Origin: Macrostomum lignano
Lineage: Eukaryota
Length of the DNA: 64,000 nucleotides
Direction of reading: 5' to 3'
Assembly (NCBI GenBank): GCA_002269645.1
Contig: NIVC01000237.1
Span: forward strand, 372,001-436,000
Part shown: positions 12,629 to 25,700 of the stretch, one piece after another
How the letters are laid out: the number at the start of each line of letters is the position of its first letter
Numbering within the stretch: the stretch's first letter is position 1
Program-made: the position numbers and the translations under genes
The notes under the pieces: generated by a model
Databases searched by the model: none
Seen by the model: the letters and a program-made list of their open reading frames with translations, nothing else
What the model was told of the DNA's origin: nothing

Positions 12629-15600
12629 CAGTCGGCCCATTATTTTTTCGTCGCTCTCCTTCTTGGGCTTGCATTGCGAGCTGCCCCACCACTTGCTCAC
12701 CTTGATGCCGTAGTAATTCAGGTGCGAGTCGATGCAGGAGGCCATCTTGGTGAGGCACGGCAGGAACACCTTCGGCGAGTCCGCGCACTTGCGGTCTTCG
12801 TTCTTCGGCTTGCCTTGGCAAATTCGAAATCCGCTTGGAGAGTTCGGCTTCATGCCCGACGGGTAGAACACCTCCGTGCCGTGATGGTACGGACCCGACT
12901 TCTGGTCCGGCTGGCACCGCTCCAGGGGGCCCCGGCACAGCGGCAGGTGCACCACCGGGTCCTGTGGGGAAACAGTTGAGCTGAGCTGCCAATAACTGCA
13001 GTCACCCCTCACTCTACTGATCTCTCCCTGACTCTCCACGTCTCTCCGTGGGTCTATTTCTTGATTATTAAAATTCCTGCTGACTCTGACTTTTGACTTC
13101 CATCGTCTCCCTCTGACCCTTCGTGGACTCCTAATCCCTCATCCCTCAGCCCTCATCCCTCATCCCTCAGCCCTCATCCCTCAGCCCTCATCCCTCATCC
13201 CTCATCCCTCAGCCCTCATCCCTCAGCCCTCATCCCTCATCCCTCATCCCTCATCCCTCAGCCCTCATCCCTCAGCCCTCATCCCTCATCCCTCATCCCT
13301 CATCCATCAGCCCTCAGCCCTCAGCCGTCAGCTCTCATCCCTCATCCCTCATCCCTCATCCCTCAGCCCTCATCCCTCATCCCTCAGCCCTCATCCCTCA
13401 TCCCTCAGCCCTCATCCCTCAGCCCTCATCCCTCATCCCTCATCCCTCATCCCTCAGCCCTCATCCCTCAGCCCTCATCCCTCATCCCTCATCCATCATC
13501 CCTCATCCCTCAGCCCTCATCCTTCAGCCCTCATCCCTCATCCCTCATCCCTCAGCCCTCATCCCTCATCCCTCAGCCCTCATCCCTCATCCCTCATCCC
13601 TCATCCCTCAGCCCTCATCCCTCATCCCTCATCCCTCAGCCCTCATCCCTCATCCCTCAGCCCTCAGCCCTCATCCCTCATCCCTCATCCCTCAGCCCTC
13701 ATCCCTCATCCCTCAGCCCTCATCCCTCATCCCTCAGCCCTCATCCCTCATCCCTCAGCCCTCATCCCTCATCCCTCAGCCCTCATCCCTCAGCCCTCAT
13801 CCCTCAGCCCTCATCCCTCATCCCTCATCCCTCAGCCCTCATCCCTCAGCCCTCATCCCTCATCCCTCATCCCTCAGCCCTCACTCACCCGCCCGTTGAC
13901 CACCCGCCAGCTGCTGCCGCCGGCCATCAGTTTGTCGAACGCCGCCGAAAACGTCGCGTCGCCCACCCGGGGCTCCCCAAAGGTGAACAGCTGAGGCCGC
14001 AGCCCCTTGGCCGCCAGCTGGACTGCCGTCAGGGCCGCCATCGCCCCGCCAAGCGAGTGGCCCGTCACCAGAATCGCGTCTCTCGGATTCGCCGAACGAA
14101 TTTGGGCAAACGCCGGCTCCAGTTTAGACCAGACCGCCCGCTGAGCCATGCTGAAGTACGCCTGCACCCGGCCTCCGACAGGGGACGGCACCGGCGGCGT
14201 TTTGAGCACGCTGAGCAGCTCGACAATCAGCTGCCCGTCCTGGTTGGTGCCGCGGAAGACGATCTGGAGAAGGACGGTGGGGGATGCCAGTACAAGACAT
14301 GTTTTAGCCAGTACAAGACCCACAAACAGACTGGTACAAGACTCACACACAGACCAGTACAAGACCCAAACACAAAGCAGTACAAGACCCACACAAAGAC
14401 CAGTACAAGACCCACACAAAGACCAGTACAAGACCCACACATAAACCAGTACAAGACTCACACACAGACCAGTACAAGACTCACACACAGACCAGTACAA
14501 GACCCACACAAAGACCAGTACAAGACTCACACAAAGACCAGTACAATACTCACACATAAACCAGTACAAGACTCACACACAGACCAGTACAAGACTCACA
14601 CACAGACCAGTACAATACTCACACAAAGACCAGTACAAGACTCACACAAAGACCAGTACAAGACCCACACATAAACCAGTACAAGACTCACACACAGACC
14701 AGTACAAGACTCACAAACAGACCGGTACAAGACTCACACACAAACCAGTACAAGACTCACACACAGACCAGTACAAGACCCACACATAAACCAGTACAAG
14801 ACTCACACACAGACCAGTACAAGACTCACACACAGACCAGTACAAGACCCAAACACAAAGCAGTACAAGACCCACACAAAGACCAGTACAAGACCCACAC
14901 ACAGACCAGTACAAGACCCAAACACAGACCAGTACAAGACCCACACAAAGACCAGTACAAGACTCACACAAAGACCAGTACAAGACTCACACAAAGACCA
15001 GTACAAGACCCACACATAAACCAGTACAAGACTCACACACAGACCAGTACAAGACTCACACACAGACCAGTACAAGACTCACATATAAACCAGTACAAGA
15101 CTCACACACAGACCAGTACAAGACTCACACACAGACCAGTACAAGACTCACACACAGACCAGTACAATACTCACACACAGACCAGTACAAGACTCACACA
15201 CAGACCAGTACAAGACTCACACACAGACCAGTACAATACTCACACAAAGATCAGTACAAGACTCACACACAGACCAGTACAATACTCACACAAAGATCAG
15301 TACAAGCCTCATACTCAGACCAGTACAAGATTCATACTCAGACTAGTACAAGACCAACACACACAGTACAAGACCATACACACGCCAGTACAAGACCAAC
15401 ACACACAGTACAGGAACAACACACACACTACAGGATCAACACACACAAGTACAGGACCAACACACACCAGTACAAGACCCACACCAGTACAAGGCAGTAA
15501 AGAACAGTAAAGGTCATCTTTCTCCAGCATCCGCCGCTCCGAATACCATGGTGATGCGTTTTCTCGGCAGCCGGGCCACAAAGCCGGACCAGGTGCCGCC

Positions 15601-15924
15601 GATGGTTTTCCAGTAGGCCGGCACGGAGACCTGGCGCACGTTGCTCATTGGTCCGTAGGTGCCCGCTAGGCCGCTGTTTTGGTAGCAGCTGCCCACAGCT
15701 CCTGAGGCGTAGGCGGCAGCCGAGGCCACCAAGGACAGGTAGCTGAGCTGAGGGCTGAACCGGCTTGCCTGCCAAGAGTCGTCGGCCTGGCCGTCCTTGA
15801 CGAACGACGATGCCGTTAGGTCGTACATGTAGAGCGGATCAACGCTGCCGGCTTGATGCACCAGCAGGCTGCAGTTGAGCAGCAGCAGAGAGGTGATGAG
15901 GCCTGGCAGTCTTAGCGGAGCCAT
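12602..15924 (-). CDS. Secreted class-3 (fungal-type) triacylglycerol lipase, ~370 aa, 3 exons
   Basis: Exons 15924-15547, 14263-13889, 12961-12602, all phase 0, GT-AG. Hydrophobic signal peptide, IVFRGT, nucleophile elbow VTGHSLGGAMA, FTFGEPRVGD, RVVNGRDPVVHLP (Asp), YHHGTEVFYP and DSHLNYYG (His). TATAAAA ~85 nt upstream of the ATG. Confidence 0.92.
13135..13882 (+). repeat. 7-bp intronic repeat (CCCTCAT/CCCTCAG)
   Basis: Direct reading, lipase intron 2; begins immediately after the GTGAGT donor on the minus strand. Confidence 0.96.
14288..15495 (+). repeat. 23-bp intronic minisatellite (ACCAGTACAAGACTCACACACAG)
   Basis: Direct reading, lipase intron 1. Confidence 0.96.
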
Positions 15925-17583
15925 CAGCAGTCGCGTGCGGTTTTCGAAGTTGGCCTGTGGATGAGCTGTGAAGCCAGCGATGAATTTAACGTTGTCTCTC
16001 TCGGTTTTTATAAGGCTGCATCATCCTTATCGAGGCCAGGCATGCAGTCGTGTGTATCTTGACTGCGATGTTATTTTTAGTTGCGAGCGAGTTTGCTATA
16101 ATTGTGTTTCAGTGAAGAAGGTTGCGGAGATCAGATAAGCGAAGTTGATAGATGCGCGATATTCGTGACTGACGTGCATGCAGGACAGAAGTTGCTGCCA
16201 AAACAGCTCGTAAACAGAGCTGGATATTCCTGTTGTACACGTGACTGGGTAATTCACGATAGCGACTAAAAATATTGACATAAAGATTCTTTTTATACAC
16301 AGAAGTAGATGCGTGTAACACGATACATGCAGTTTACCAGTATCACGCTCATGTACTGCTGCTTTACAGAAGCGCGTAATTTTTTTATACTACTGATGCA
16401 AATCCATTTTGAGATGCTAAACCGTATAGCCCTTAATTGGTTCTCTTAAAAATGAGCTGGAGTCATAATAAAATGAGCTTTATTTGTTTGCCGCGTATCG
16501 CTAGCATTCAGAATTCGCTCTATTAGAGAGCACATAGCCTTGAATTAAGGAGGTTCGTCATAGACGAGTACGTTCGGTCGAGAAATATCCGTGCTGCTCG
16601 AAAAACCGAAAGTATGTTCCATACCGGCCTCCAGCGATCATTTCTAAGAAAATAGAATATGTACAGCGCATCAGCGTTCTAATACTTCAGTTGTCCAAAG
16701 CTACATGTGTATAGCTGTATTAACCAACTCAGATTAATTGTTTTTCATCAGTTCATCAACACACAAGATCTCTATACTGTACCTTTGGATATATATTATT
16801 GTAATTAAGGTACATGTAAAATTTGCAAAAATTCTTTAATCACCCCAGCCTAGATTTTAAAGCAAGCTTTGTAATGGTCTCGAGTCCTTGAATAGAATGA
16901 AGCCGTCATGTGCGTTTCGCATACACTTTGGGCTGCTGTACATTTCTGTGAAAACATACATGAGGCTCTTCATATTGCTTGTTCTGGTTCTAGAACCAGA
17001 ACCAATTTGTAAAGTATAACTTTTTGTCTCCTTAACTAGAGGGATATACTTGCTATAAACTCTTAATTATTGAATGAAAATTGCCAAGAAGAAAGTGAGT
17101 GAAAAATTGTGCAAAGTGAGGCTGTTAAGGCAGTCAAATATTAACACAGTTAAATAGTTATACTGCTGTTTTTCTTGGAAGATCCGAACCGATTCTGGTT
17201 CGGGAATTGATAATGTGAAGATCAGGCTTCATGAATTGCACGGCAGAGTTTTGAGTATTCAAAATTTATATGCGCATGCATTTAATTCGCTAGTATATGC
17301 ATGTGTATGTTGAAATTTATTTTTTTGATGTGGGTGCAATTAATGCTGAAAAGATTTTTTAGTACATATCATTCGTAGTTAGGTGTCAGTCAAGGACCGA
17401 CGCCTGTAACGAATTGAACAGAGAAAACTGAAGATAACGGCTTGATGTGAGAATAAAAAAGCCTGGTTTTTGTAAAAATGAAAAAATTGCTATAAGTTTA
17501 TTTTTCCCAGTCGCGGTGTTCTATACTTTGCATAACATTAACTCGTTATTTTAAGAGTGTGGTATTTTTGGTGGTTTTAACAA

Positions 17584-17597
17584 TTTGCCATGGCAAC
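17584..17597. promoter_or_regulatory. RFX X-box-like motif upstream of the SPATA6-like gene
   Basis: TTTGCCATGGCAAC, 13/14 match to the palindromic X-box GTTGCCATGGCAAC, ~900 nt upstream of the ATG at 18499. Confidence 0.5.
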
Positions 17598-18498
17598 AAG
17601 CCGTAAATGTTTTGGCGCATATTTAACTACTAAATCTGCTCTCTTAAATTATTATTATCGTCAATGAAAATATTGCAGATAGATAGATCATTAGTCTAAA
17701 CTGGTCTGAATGCAGAAAAAATGACAACGTGAATTACTTATGCATTTATGTTAGAGTATTTTCGAGAATCGAGACCAATGACTTGTCATAGCCTCTTGTA
17801 TACTAAGTATAGGAGACATTATTATATTATTGAATATTATATAGATCGGAATTACTGACAAAATGAAATTAACATATTATTGCCTTACTTTAATTGTAAT
17901 ATCTGTATATACCTAATATGACATTTAAGTAGAAGTGTGTTATTAAACTAAATTAATAAATCTAGTGTATATTAGGTAGTTAAAGAAAAATATTCTGAAA
18001 CGGAATTAAAATAACTAAAATGTGCTAAAATAAGGGACTAAAAGAAGGCTTAACAATCATTTTTAAAAGACTAAAGCTTTCAATTTTAGATTGCATTAGA
18101 CATTAAATAACTACAGGGAAGGGAACAGCTTTCTTTTTTTTCTGTAGCATTGCAAGACTTTTTTTTCTTACTAATTTTGAAATTTTATGAATATAAATCT
18201 AACATTGTTTACCATCGACTATCAAATAAAGGCAGATAAATATCTTTTTGTTTTTTATTGCTATCAACCAAATGCAAAAAATAATTCTAGAAAAATTATG
18301 TCCTCTCTCCTTTATGTACTTTCATGTAGTAATTTTCAAGATTGAATTTTTTTTCATTGGATGATAAAATCAATTATTAATATTAAATTAGTCGACAAGG
18401 CATTAAATCATAAAGTTAAGCTTTGATTTACAAATAGATTCTAAATTGATAGCAGCTTAACAAAATTGATTTGGTTCATGCAGCCAGTGCAGTGCAGG

Positions 18499-20287
18499 AT
18501 GGCTCCAAAAGGATTTCGGTGCACGGCAGAAATAACGATAGAGCTGGTTGTGTCCCCCGGTACTTGGCTGCCTCATAGGGACGACGTCTACCTCACAATT
18601 GACTTCTTAAATCAGGTTGGGAGTCAGCTGTTTTGTTTAAAAACTCGTTTCTGTTATAGGCAATATCGTGAAAGTATCTGTCCTACTGAAATGACATATC
18701 TCTTTACATACAAATATTATCGGGTTTGTTGATAAGGAGTGTGACATCAATGTTTTGACATTCGAATGAATATTCTTAAATTCTCATAGAGATACTGGCA
18801 TCTTCGTTTATGACACCCTGACATCATCAAAGACCATGAAATCTTCATAGAGACCATGACATCTTCATAGAGACCATGACATCTTCATTGAGATCCTGAC
18901 ATCCTCATAGAGACCATGAAATTTTCATAGAGATCATGACATCTTCATTGAGATCCTGACAGCCTCATAGAGACCATGAAATTTTCATAGAGATCATGAC
19001 ATCTTCATTGAGATCCTGAAATCCTCATAGAGATCCCAAAATCTCAAAGAGATCCTGACATTCTGATGCATGCAGAGATCTTGACACTCTTCAAAGTTTG
19101 ACCTCTTCGCAAGGAGACTGACATCCCTGAAAAAAACCCTGACATCCTTCTGAACCGACTGACCACCCGCACTGAAGCTGGAACTCAACCAATGAGCTCC
19201 CAAATTCCCTCCGCAGGTCAAGCGCTCCCGCCTAGTAGCGCCCGTCTTCCCACTTCGAGTCCACGAGCGGTTCCGCTTCGAGAAGAACTTCTGGCCAGCC
19301 TCCGACCCGCGCGACGTTGTGGACCGGCTGGAGGAGCTGCCCATCGCCATCGAGCTCCGTCAGGCCACCGACGCCTTCCGCGGCAGCCGCTTGCTCGCCT
19401 ACTTCGACTCGGACGGACGCGAGTTTCTGTTCCCCAGCGCCCCCACCTCCAAGCCCGCCTGCCACACCGGGCGGGAGGCCCTGATGGCCCGCACAGTCGA
19501 TTTCTCCGGCGTCAGCCCGAAGCTGGAGTTCTGCACTTACACCGTGGTTGAGGAGCTGCGCACCAGCTACTCTGGCAGCGTTGGCGATGACTTCGGCGGG
19601 GAGGTGACACGGCCGCGCCGCTCTGCCGCCGCCGCCATCGACAGCGTCGACCTTCGAGCACGTCGTCATGGCAAACGGCCGCCGTCGATGTCGAAGGTCG
19701 ACGACTCAGCGACCGCAGCAGCCGGCGAGGACCGCCGGGCCGGCTACCGCACCGACGACCGGCCGCCGTTCGTGGTGCGCCACGTGGCCGACGGGCTGAC
19801 TGGCAGGAAGCCAGTGCTGCACAACATTCGCACCCGGTTGCGGCCGCCGCGTCAGCTGATGGACCCGGAGGAGGAGGCGCTGGGCGAGGCCGCCTGGGGC
19901 TACCGGGGAGGCCGCAGCGGAGGAGGTGGCGGCGGCGGCGGCAGCGCGGACAGTTCTCCGACGCATCGGCGCCGAGCTGACTACGACTACGAGGACTACG
20001 GTCGACGCGGATCTCGGCGACGCCGGGCGTCGGCGTCGCGGCTTCGACGGAGCGACTCCAGCGGTGAGCTGTGGTACTACGAGCGGCCGTACGCGCCGTT
20101 CGCGCACGAGTACCCGGAGTGGGGCGAGGCCGAGTGCCTGGCGCCAGGCTCGGGCAGCTCCCTGATGGACTCGCGCTACAACCCGGTGCTGGCCAGCAGC
20201 CTGCGGCACCGGACCGCCGATCGATACGGCGAGGCGCCGGCTTACCGGTCGAGGCGGCCGCCGCTGAGAGACTCGCAGGTGTACTAA
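18499..20287 (+). CDS. SPATA6-family protein, ~395 aa, 2 exons
   Basis: Exons 18499-18615 and 19217-20287 (phase 0). MAPKGFRCTAEITIELVVSPGTWLPHRDDVYLTIDFLNQ|VKRSRLVAPVFPLRVHERFRFEKNF...DPRDVVDRLE...REFLFP...REALMART...GVSPKLEFCTYTVVEE and a later RPPFVVRH match the SPATA6 N-terminal domain as I remember it. A further 3' exon via CAG|GTGTAC cannot be excluded. Confidence 0.85.
18815..19090 (+). repeat. Degenerate ~20-bp intronic repeat (ACATCTTCATAGAGACCATG)
   Basis: Direct reading, SPATA6-like intron. Confidence 0.85.
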
Positions 20288-20389
20288 TTTCTCGCAGGCT
20301 GTGATAGTCGGGCAGTGGAGTTAATATGAATGATGTTTTGCCTATCAGATTGAGGTGGGTTTTCTTACGAGTCAGGTTTGAGTGGGGTG

Positions 20390-20680
20390 GGTGTAGTTGG
20401 CCCAAGCCAATCGGATCCGACTGGGGTGAGGTGGGTGTAGCAGGCTCCAGCCACTCGGATCGGACTGGAGTGAGGTGGGTGTAGCAGGCCCCAGCCAATT
20501 GGCTCGGACTGGAGTGAAGTGGGTGTAGCAGGCTCCAGCCAATTGGCTCGGACTGGAGTGAGGTGGGTGTAGCAGGCCCCAGCCAATTGGATCGGACTGG
20601 AGTGAGGTGGGTGTAGCAGGCCCCAGCCAATCGGATCGGACTGGAGTGAAGTGGGTGTAGCAGGCTCCAGCCAATTGGAC
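20390..20680 (+). repeat. 44-bp tandem repeat (GGACTGGAGTGAGGTGGGTGTAGCAGGCCCCAGCCAATTGGCTC)
   Basis: Period 44 (20462, 20506...). Confidence 0.93.
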
Positions 20681-21369
20681 TGGAATCAGGGTCCGATTAT
20701 GCATATAAATGATAAAATTTTTATGAAATTACGTTATATCTACATGTAATCCTTTCTTTCCTTTTGCTTTGTTAATATTTACTTAATTATTTCTGCCTTT
20801 TGCAAAGATTAAAGCGGCACAAACAAGCTTATTTTGCTGCAGCACCAATTACTAACGCCTTTTTTCTTTTTCCTGACTTTCTGTGCTCTCGCTATTCAAC
20901 TCTTTTAGTAATACAGCCTGTGCATCATCTACTATGAGTAGCCAATCAGGGTTGTTGGAGACGAGTTTGGAATAGCGAATTATTCATAGTAATTATTGCG
21001 TCCATTTACTTGTATCTGTTAAGCTGTTTGAATTATTTATATTATTTCTCGATGGCTTGTCTAAACTCTGATATTTTGAAACATTTTTACCGCTATTGTA
21101 AAATGCGTTTAATCATGATCTCTTTAATATGACTTATAAATTTACATTAACCACGAATTTTCAAATATAGCGAGTTGGATTATTATACAATGTCTTGTTT
21201 GCTGTTTCCTCTGTGAACATAAATTTATGCTGATACATTTCTGTTGTACATTACACAATAGCAGTTCGGCTCCTCATTTACCTCGGGCTGTGGGGGGTTC
21301 TGAAATAAAGGATAATATCACATAGAATCATGCGATATTATTGGAATTATTGATATTATTAGAATCATA

Positions 21370-21980
21370 GAGTCATGTCTCAGAGCTAATTATCATGTCA
21401 CAGAGTCTAGAATCATGTCTCTGAGCTAATTATCATGTCACAGAGTCTAGAATCATGTCTCAGAGCTAATTATCATGTCACAGAGTCTAGAGTCATGTAT
21501 CAGAGCTAATTATCATGTCACAGAGTCTAGAATCATGTCTCAGAGCTAATTATCATGTCACAGAGTCTAGAGTCATGTATCAGAGCTAATTATCATGTCA
21601 CAGAGTCTAGAATCATGTCTCAGAGCTAATTATCATGTCACAGAGTCTAGAATCATGTCTCACAGCTAATTATCATGTCACAGAGTCTAGAGTAATGTCT
21701 CACAGCTAATTATCATGTCACAGAGTCTAGAGTCATGTATCAGAGCTAATTATTATGTCACAGAGTCCATGATAATATCTCACGACTAATTATCTTGTCA
21801 CAGAGTACAGGATAATGTCTCACAGCTAATTATCATGTCACAGAGTCCATGATAATATCTCACAACTAATTATCATGTCACAGAGTACAGGATAATATCT
21901 CACAACTAATTATCATGTCACAGAGTCCATGATAATATCTCACAGCCAATTATAATGTCCCAGAGTCCAAGGTAATGTCT
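21370..21980 (+). repeat. 40-bp tandem repeat (CAGAGCTAATTATCATGTCACAGAGTCTAGAATCATGTCT)
   Basis: Period 40 (21381, 21421, 21461...). Confidence 0.95.
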
Positions 21981-22593
21981 CAGAGATAAATATATCAGAA
22001 CTGAGTGTGTTTATTCAGCTGTCAATAAAATCTCAGATTAAATTCAGTCAGGCTAGACTTTAAATAGCAAAAAACTGTACTACACGTAAAATATTTTGTT
22101 CCATTACTGTAGTATTTTGCACCTGACACTCTACGGGTAGATAGCGCGGTGCTGGCAATAACCTGCATACATGTGTTGAGCAATAAGACAGTGCAAAAGC
22201 GCCAATTGATTTATTCAACTCTGCCCATGTAGGGACAAAAGGTGCCCCCCCCAACTGTTAATGTTTGCACAAAGCTGAGGAAGCGAAGCCCAAGTGTAAT
22301 AAGTTTCCTACATGGAAATGGCATGGGACTGCATGCAGAGGTGCAGCAAAGTCTGCTTTAGAATGCGAGTAAAGTATTTCTTGCCTTCATGGACAAAGTG
22401 TTGTGTATCTTGAGTGTGCGGGCCTCATTAGCGCGAGTGAGCAAATCGTTAATTCTGTATAAATTAACTGCATTGGCACGGGCGCAAGCTGCGACTGTCT
22501 GCTATAAGCGATTGCGCAGCTTTCTAAGGCTCTAAGCGGATATATTTACAACTTGAAGCTTAAGCAGAACAGAGATAAAAAGTGACATTCGAC

Positions 22594-24456
22594 ATGGATG
22601 GTGGATGCAGGATTAGAGAGTTGACAGCTTACGTTTGCCTCTTATCTATGGGTAAGTGCGACCGCTTCAATGATGTACTGATAGAGTAGCTTATGCCAGG
22701 AGAATGTGGAAAACCCCCATCCGTTGCAGTAGCAGCAACTGCCATAGCCTATAGGCAAACATTGACTAAGGTTTTACTTGTACCATAGATATTTCTGCTC
22801 CCCATGCATCCATTTTACCATAGACTATTTTTGTTTTCTATACATAAACTTCTGAAAGCTGACCATTTGCTATTATCGGGGCGGTTAATAGAGTTTTGGC
22901 CATAGACAGTTCGTCGTATCAACTATTGAATTTTTAGCCAAGTTAATATATAGCATTGTGCAGCCCATTTTGGACTTACACGTACTGAATTTAATCCAAG
23001 ATAGGTTTGCCAAAGTAATGGCGCTTTTGTCTATGGTAGCAAGGACCAAAATTGGACCAAATTAAATGCTGCTGCTGAGCCAGCCTTGCTTTGACATAGA
23101 CAAAAGTGGCATTACTTCGGCAAACCTATCTTAGACTAAACTCTATGCGTGTAAGCCCAAACGGACTGGAAAAAAACTATGGTTAAGTCGTACCAAGTTG
23201 AGAATTGCCATTTGACAGCAGTGGATTTGGTCTTGCCCATAGACATTGACATAGACGGAAACTAAATGTACTCTTACTTACTGATCTCGACTCAAAACTG
23301 CAGCAGCCAGAGCAGCTCAGACCCAGCAGCTCAGCTGCTACAGCTGCAGCTCATCCAAAGACCTGTCAATCTGCCTGTCAACCGTGATCCTGTGCAGATC
23401 GGCTTCCCACTGCTGCTTCAAAGCCGAGACCCCGGACCCGAGAGGAATCCCGGGCGCCAAGGTTTACTCCATGGCAAGTGCTGGGCATTTTGCCAAAGTC
23501 TTACATACATTTGTGTAATTCGCTAGTAGTGCAATTTCACTGGCGCTTAGTGAGATTTTAGTGGAATCTGATGGCATTCAATTGAGAATCTGATGAGATT
23601 CCAGTGAGAATCTGATGAGACTCAAGTGAGAATCTGATAGCATTCAAGTGAGAATCTGATGGCATTCAAGTGAGAATCTGATGGCATTCAAGTGAGAATC
23701 TGATGGCATTCAATTGAGAATCTGATGAGATTCCAGTGAGAATCTGATGAGACTCAAGTGAGAATCTGATGGCATTCAAGTGAGAATCTGATGGCATTCA
23801 AGTGAGAATCTGATGGCATTCAAGTGAGAATGTGATGGGACTCACGGACTCAAGTGAGAATCTGATGGGACTCAAGTGAGAATCTGACGGCATTCAAGTG
23901 AGAATGTGATGGGACTCACGGACTCAAGTGAGAATCTGATGGGACTCAAGTGAGAATCTGATGGCATTCAATTGAGAATCTGATGAGATTCCAGTGAGAA
24001 TCTGATGAGACTCAAGTGAGAATCTGATGGCATTCAAGTGAGAATCTGATGAGACTCACGGACTCAAGTGAGAATCTGATGGGACTCAAGTGAGAATCTG
24101 ATGGGACTCAAGTGAGAATCTGATGAGATTTTAGTGAGAATCTGACGGGACTCAAGTGAGACTCTAATGGCATTTAAATGAAAATCTGACGAGACTCAAG
24201 TGAGAATCATTTAAATAACTAAATAAAACATCATCAATTCGCCCCTCAGGGCTGCATGGACGCCCGGCAATGCCGCCAGCAGCCGCAGTCCTCAGCCAAG
24301 GACCTGTGCAGCAGACGGGGCCAGACCTGCTACAGCTGCTGCAGCGACCGCGGTTTGTGCAACGGCGCAACTTGGCAAAACGCTACTGCCCTGCTAATGA
24401 CTCTGCCCAGTCTGACACTGGCTTTGCTACGTGTTTATGTCAACGAATATTATTAA
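22594..24456 (+). CDS. Ly6/uPAR (three-finger, LYPD6/quiver-like) protein with signal peptide and GPI-type tail, ~144 aa, 3 exons
   Basis: Exons 22594-22651, 23304-23473, 24250-24456: MDGGCRIRELTAYVCLLSMA|ARAAQTQQLSCYSC...SIC...ILC...HCCFK...VYSM|GCMDARQC...DLC...QTCYSCCSDRGLCN followed by a hydrophobic C-terminus. The CC-x5-CN end is diagnostic of an LU domain. Intron 2 needs a GC donor (ATG|GCAAGT). Exon 2 is in a frame absent from the ORF track. Confidence 0.85.
23560..24205 (+). repeat. 22-bp intronic minisatellite (AAGTGAGAATCTGATGGCATTC)
   Basis: Direct reading, intron 2 of the LU-domain gene. Confidence 0.94.
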
Positions 24457-25307
24457 CATAATATTGAGACGGTTCTCGGAACCCCAGGCTCGATTCCGCG
24501 AATCAATTGGGGATTCGACTTCAACAAGTCCAAAACTCCCAGTCGGAATTCTCCAGCTTGTGAAAGCGGTCACACGGGAGGGACAGAGTGTGTACATGCC
24601 AGACGATAGTTCTTCGTGTTCACGTTGTCGTTGTCGTGTCATGTCACGTTTTCATGTTGTCGTGTTGTCGTGTTGTCATGTTGTTATATTGTTGTTGTCA
24701 TGTCGTGTACTCGTGTTGTCATATTGTCATGTTGTAGTTTTGTCATATTGTCGTTGTCGTGTTGTCTTATTGTCATGTGATGTGTCACGTTGTCGGAAAT
24801 TGTTGCAGTCACTGAGATCAATGTGACTTAAAACTCAGTTGACTAAAAGCCCTGCTATCTCCCTACTGGAACACTACAATATTAAATTTTAGTCCTTTGT
24901 TAATAGTTTTGTACAAAAATAACAATTGATTATAAATAAATGACATCGGGCATGACACTGACAACTTGCTACAGGCAGGTCCGCTGACACCCGAAAAGGG
25001 CATAACTACCCAAACAAAGAAACGGACAGTGATCAGAATAAAAGACAATTTCTCTTTGGCAATTTCTGCATCAAAGGAGGTACTGAACAAGCAGCATCTT
25101 AAAGGTTTATTTTTACCGAGTTTACGCAACCAACAAGGCATTGTGTAGTAGCAAGTTACATATAAATGCCTTCAATTCTGTCTGCATAATTATGAATTAT
25201 AAAAATATTAGAATACAGAAAAACGCTAGAAAACTGGTTCAATAGCTTTGATGGGACTACAAGTTATTTAAGCAGGCGTGGTGCACATACGAGTTCATCA
25301 ATTCGTT

Positions 25308-25698
25308 AGTTCACAAGTTCACCAGTTCACAAGTTCACCAGCTCACAAGTTCACCAGTTCACAAGTTCACTAGTTCACCAGTTCACAAGTTCACCAGTTC
25401 ACAAGTTCACCAGTTCACCAGTTCACAAGTTCACCAGTTCACAAGTTCACCAGCTCACAAGTTCACAAGTTCACCAGTTCACAAGTTCACCAGTTCACAA
25501 GTTCACCAGTTCACAAGTTCACCAGTTCACAAGTTCACCAGTTCACAAGTTCACCAGTTCACAAGTTCACCAGTTCACAAGTTCACCAGTTCACAAGTTC
25601 ACCAGTTCACAAGTTCACCAGTTCACAAGTTCACCAGTTCACAAGTTCACCATTTTACAAGTTCACAAGTTCACCAGTTCACCAGTTCCCAAGTTCAC
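25308..25698 (+). repeat. 16-bp tandem repeat (AGTTCACAAGTTCACC)
   Basis: Direct reading; starts right after the stop codon of the PAC-like gene (its 3' UTR). Confidence 0.95.
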
Positions 25699-25700
25699 AC

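Noticed and set aside
19512-20630. 372-aa minus-strand ORF and other ORFs overlapping the SPATA6-like exon
   Set aside because: GC-rich antisense or alternate-frame shadows of a real exon, extended by a 44-bp repeat.
24470-24560. Possible tRNA or SINE (GGCTCGATTCC, B-box-like)
   Set aside because: No A-box and no cloverleaf arms could be drawn.
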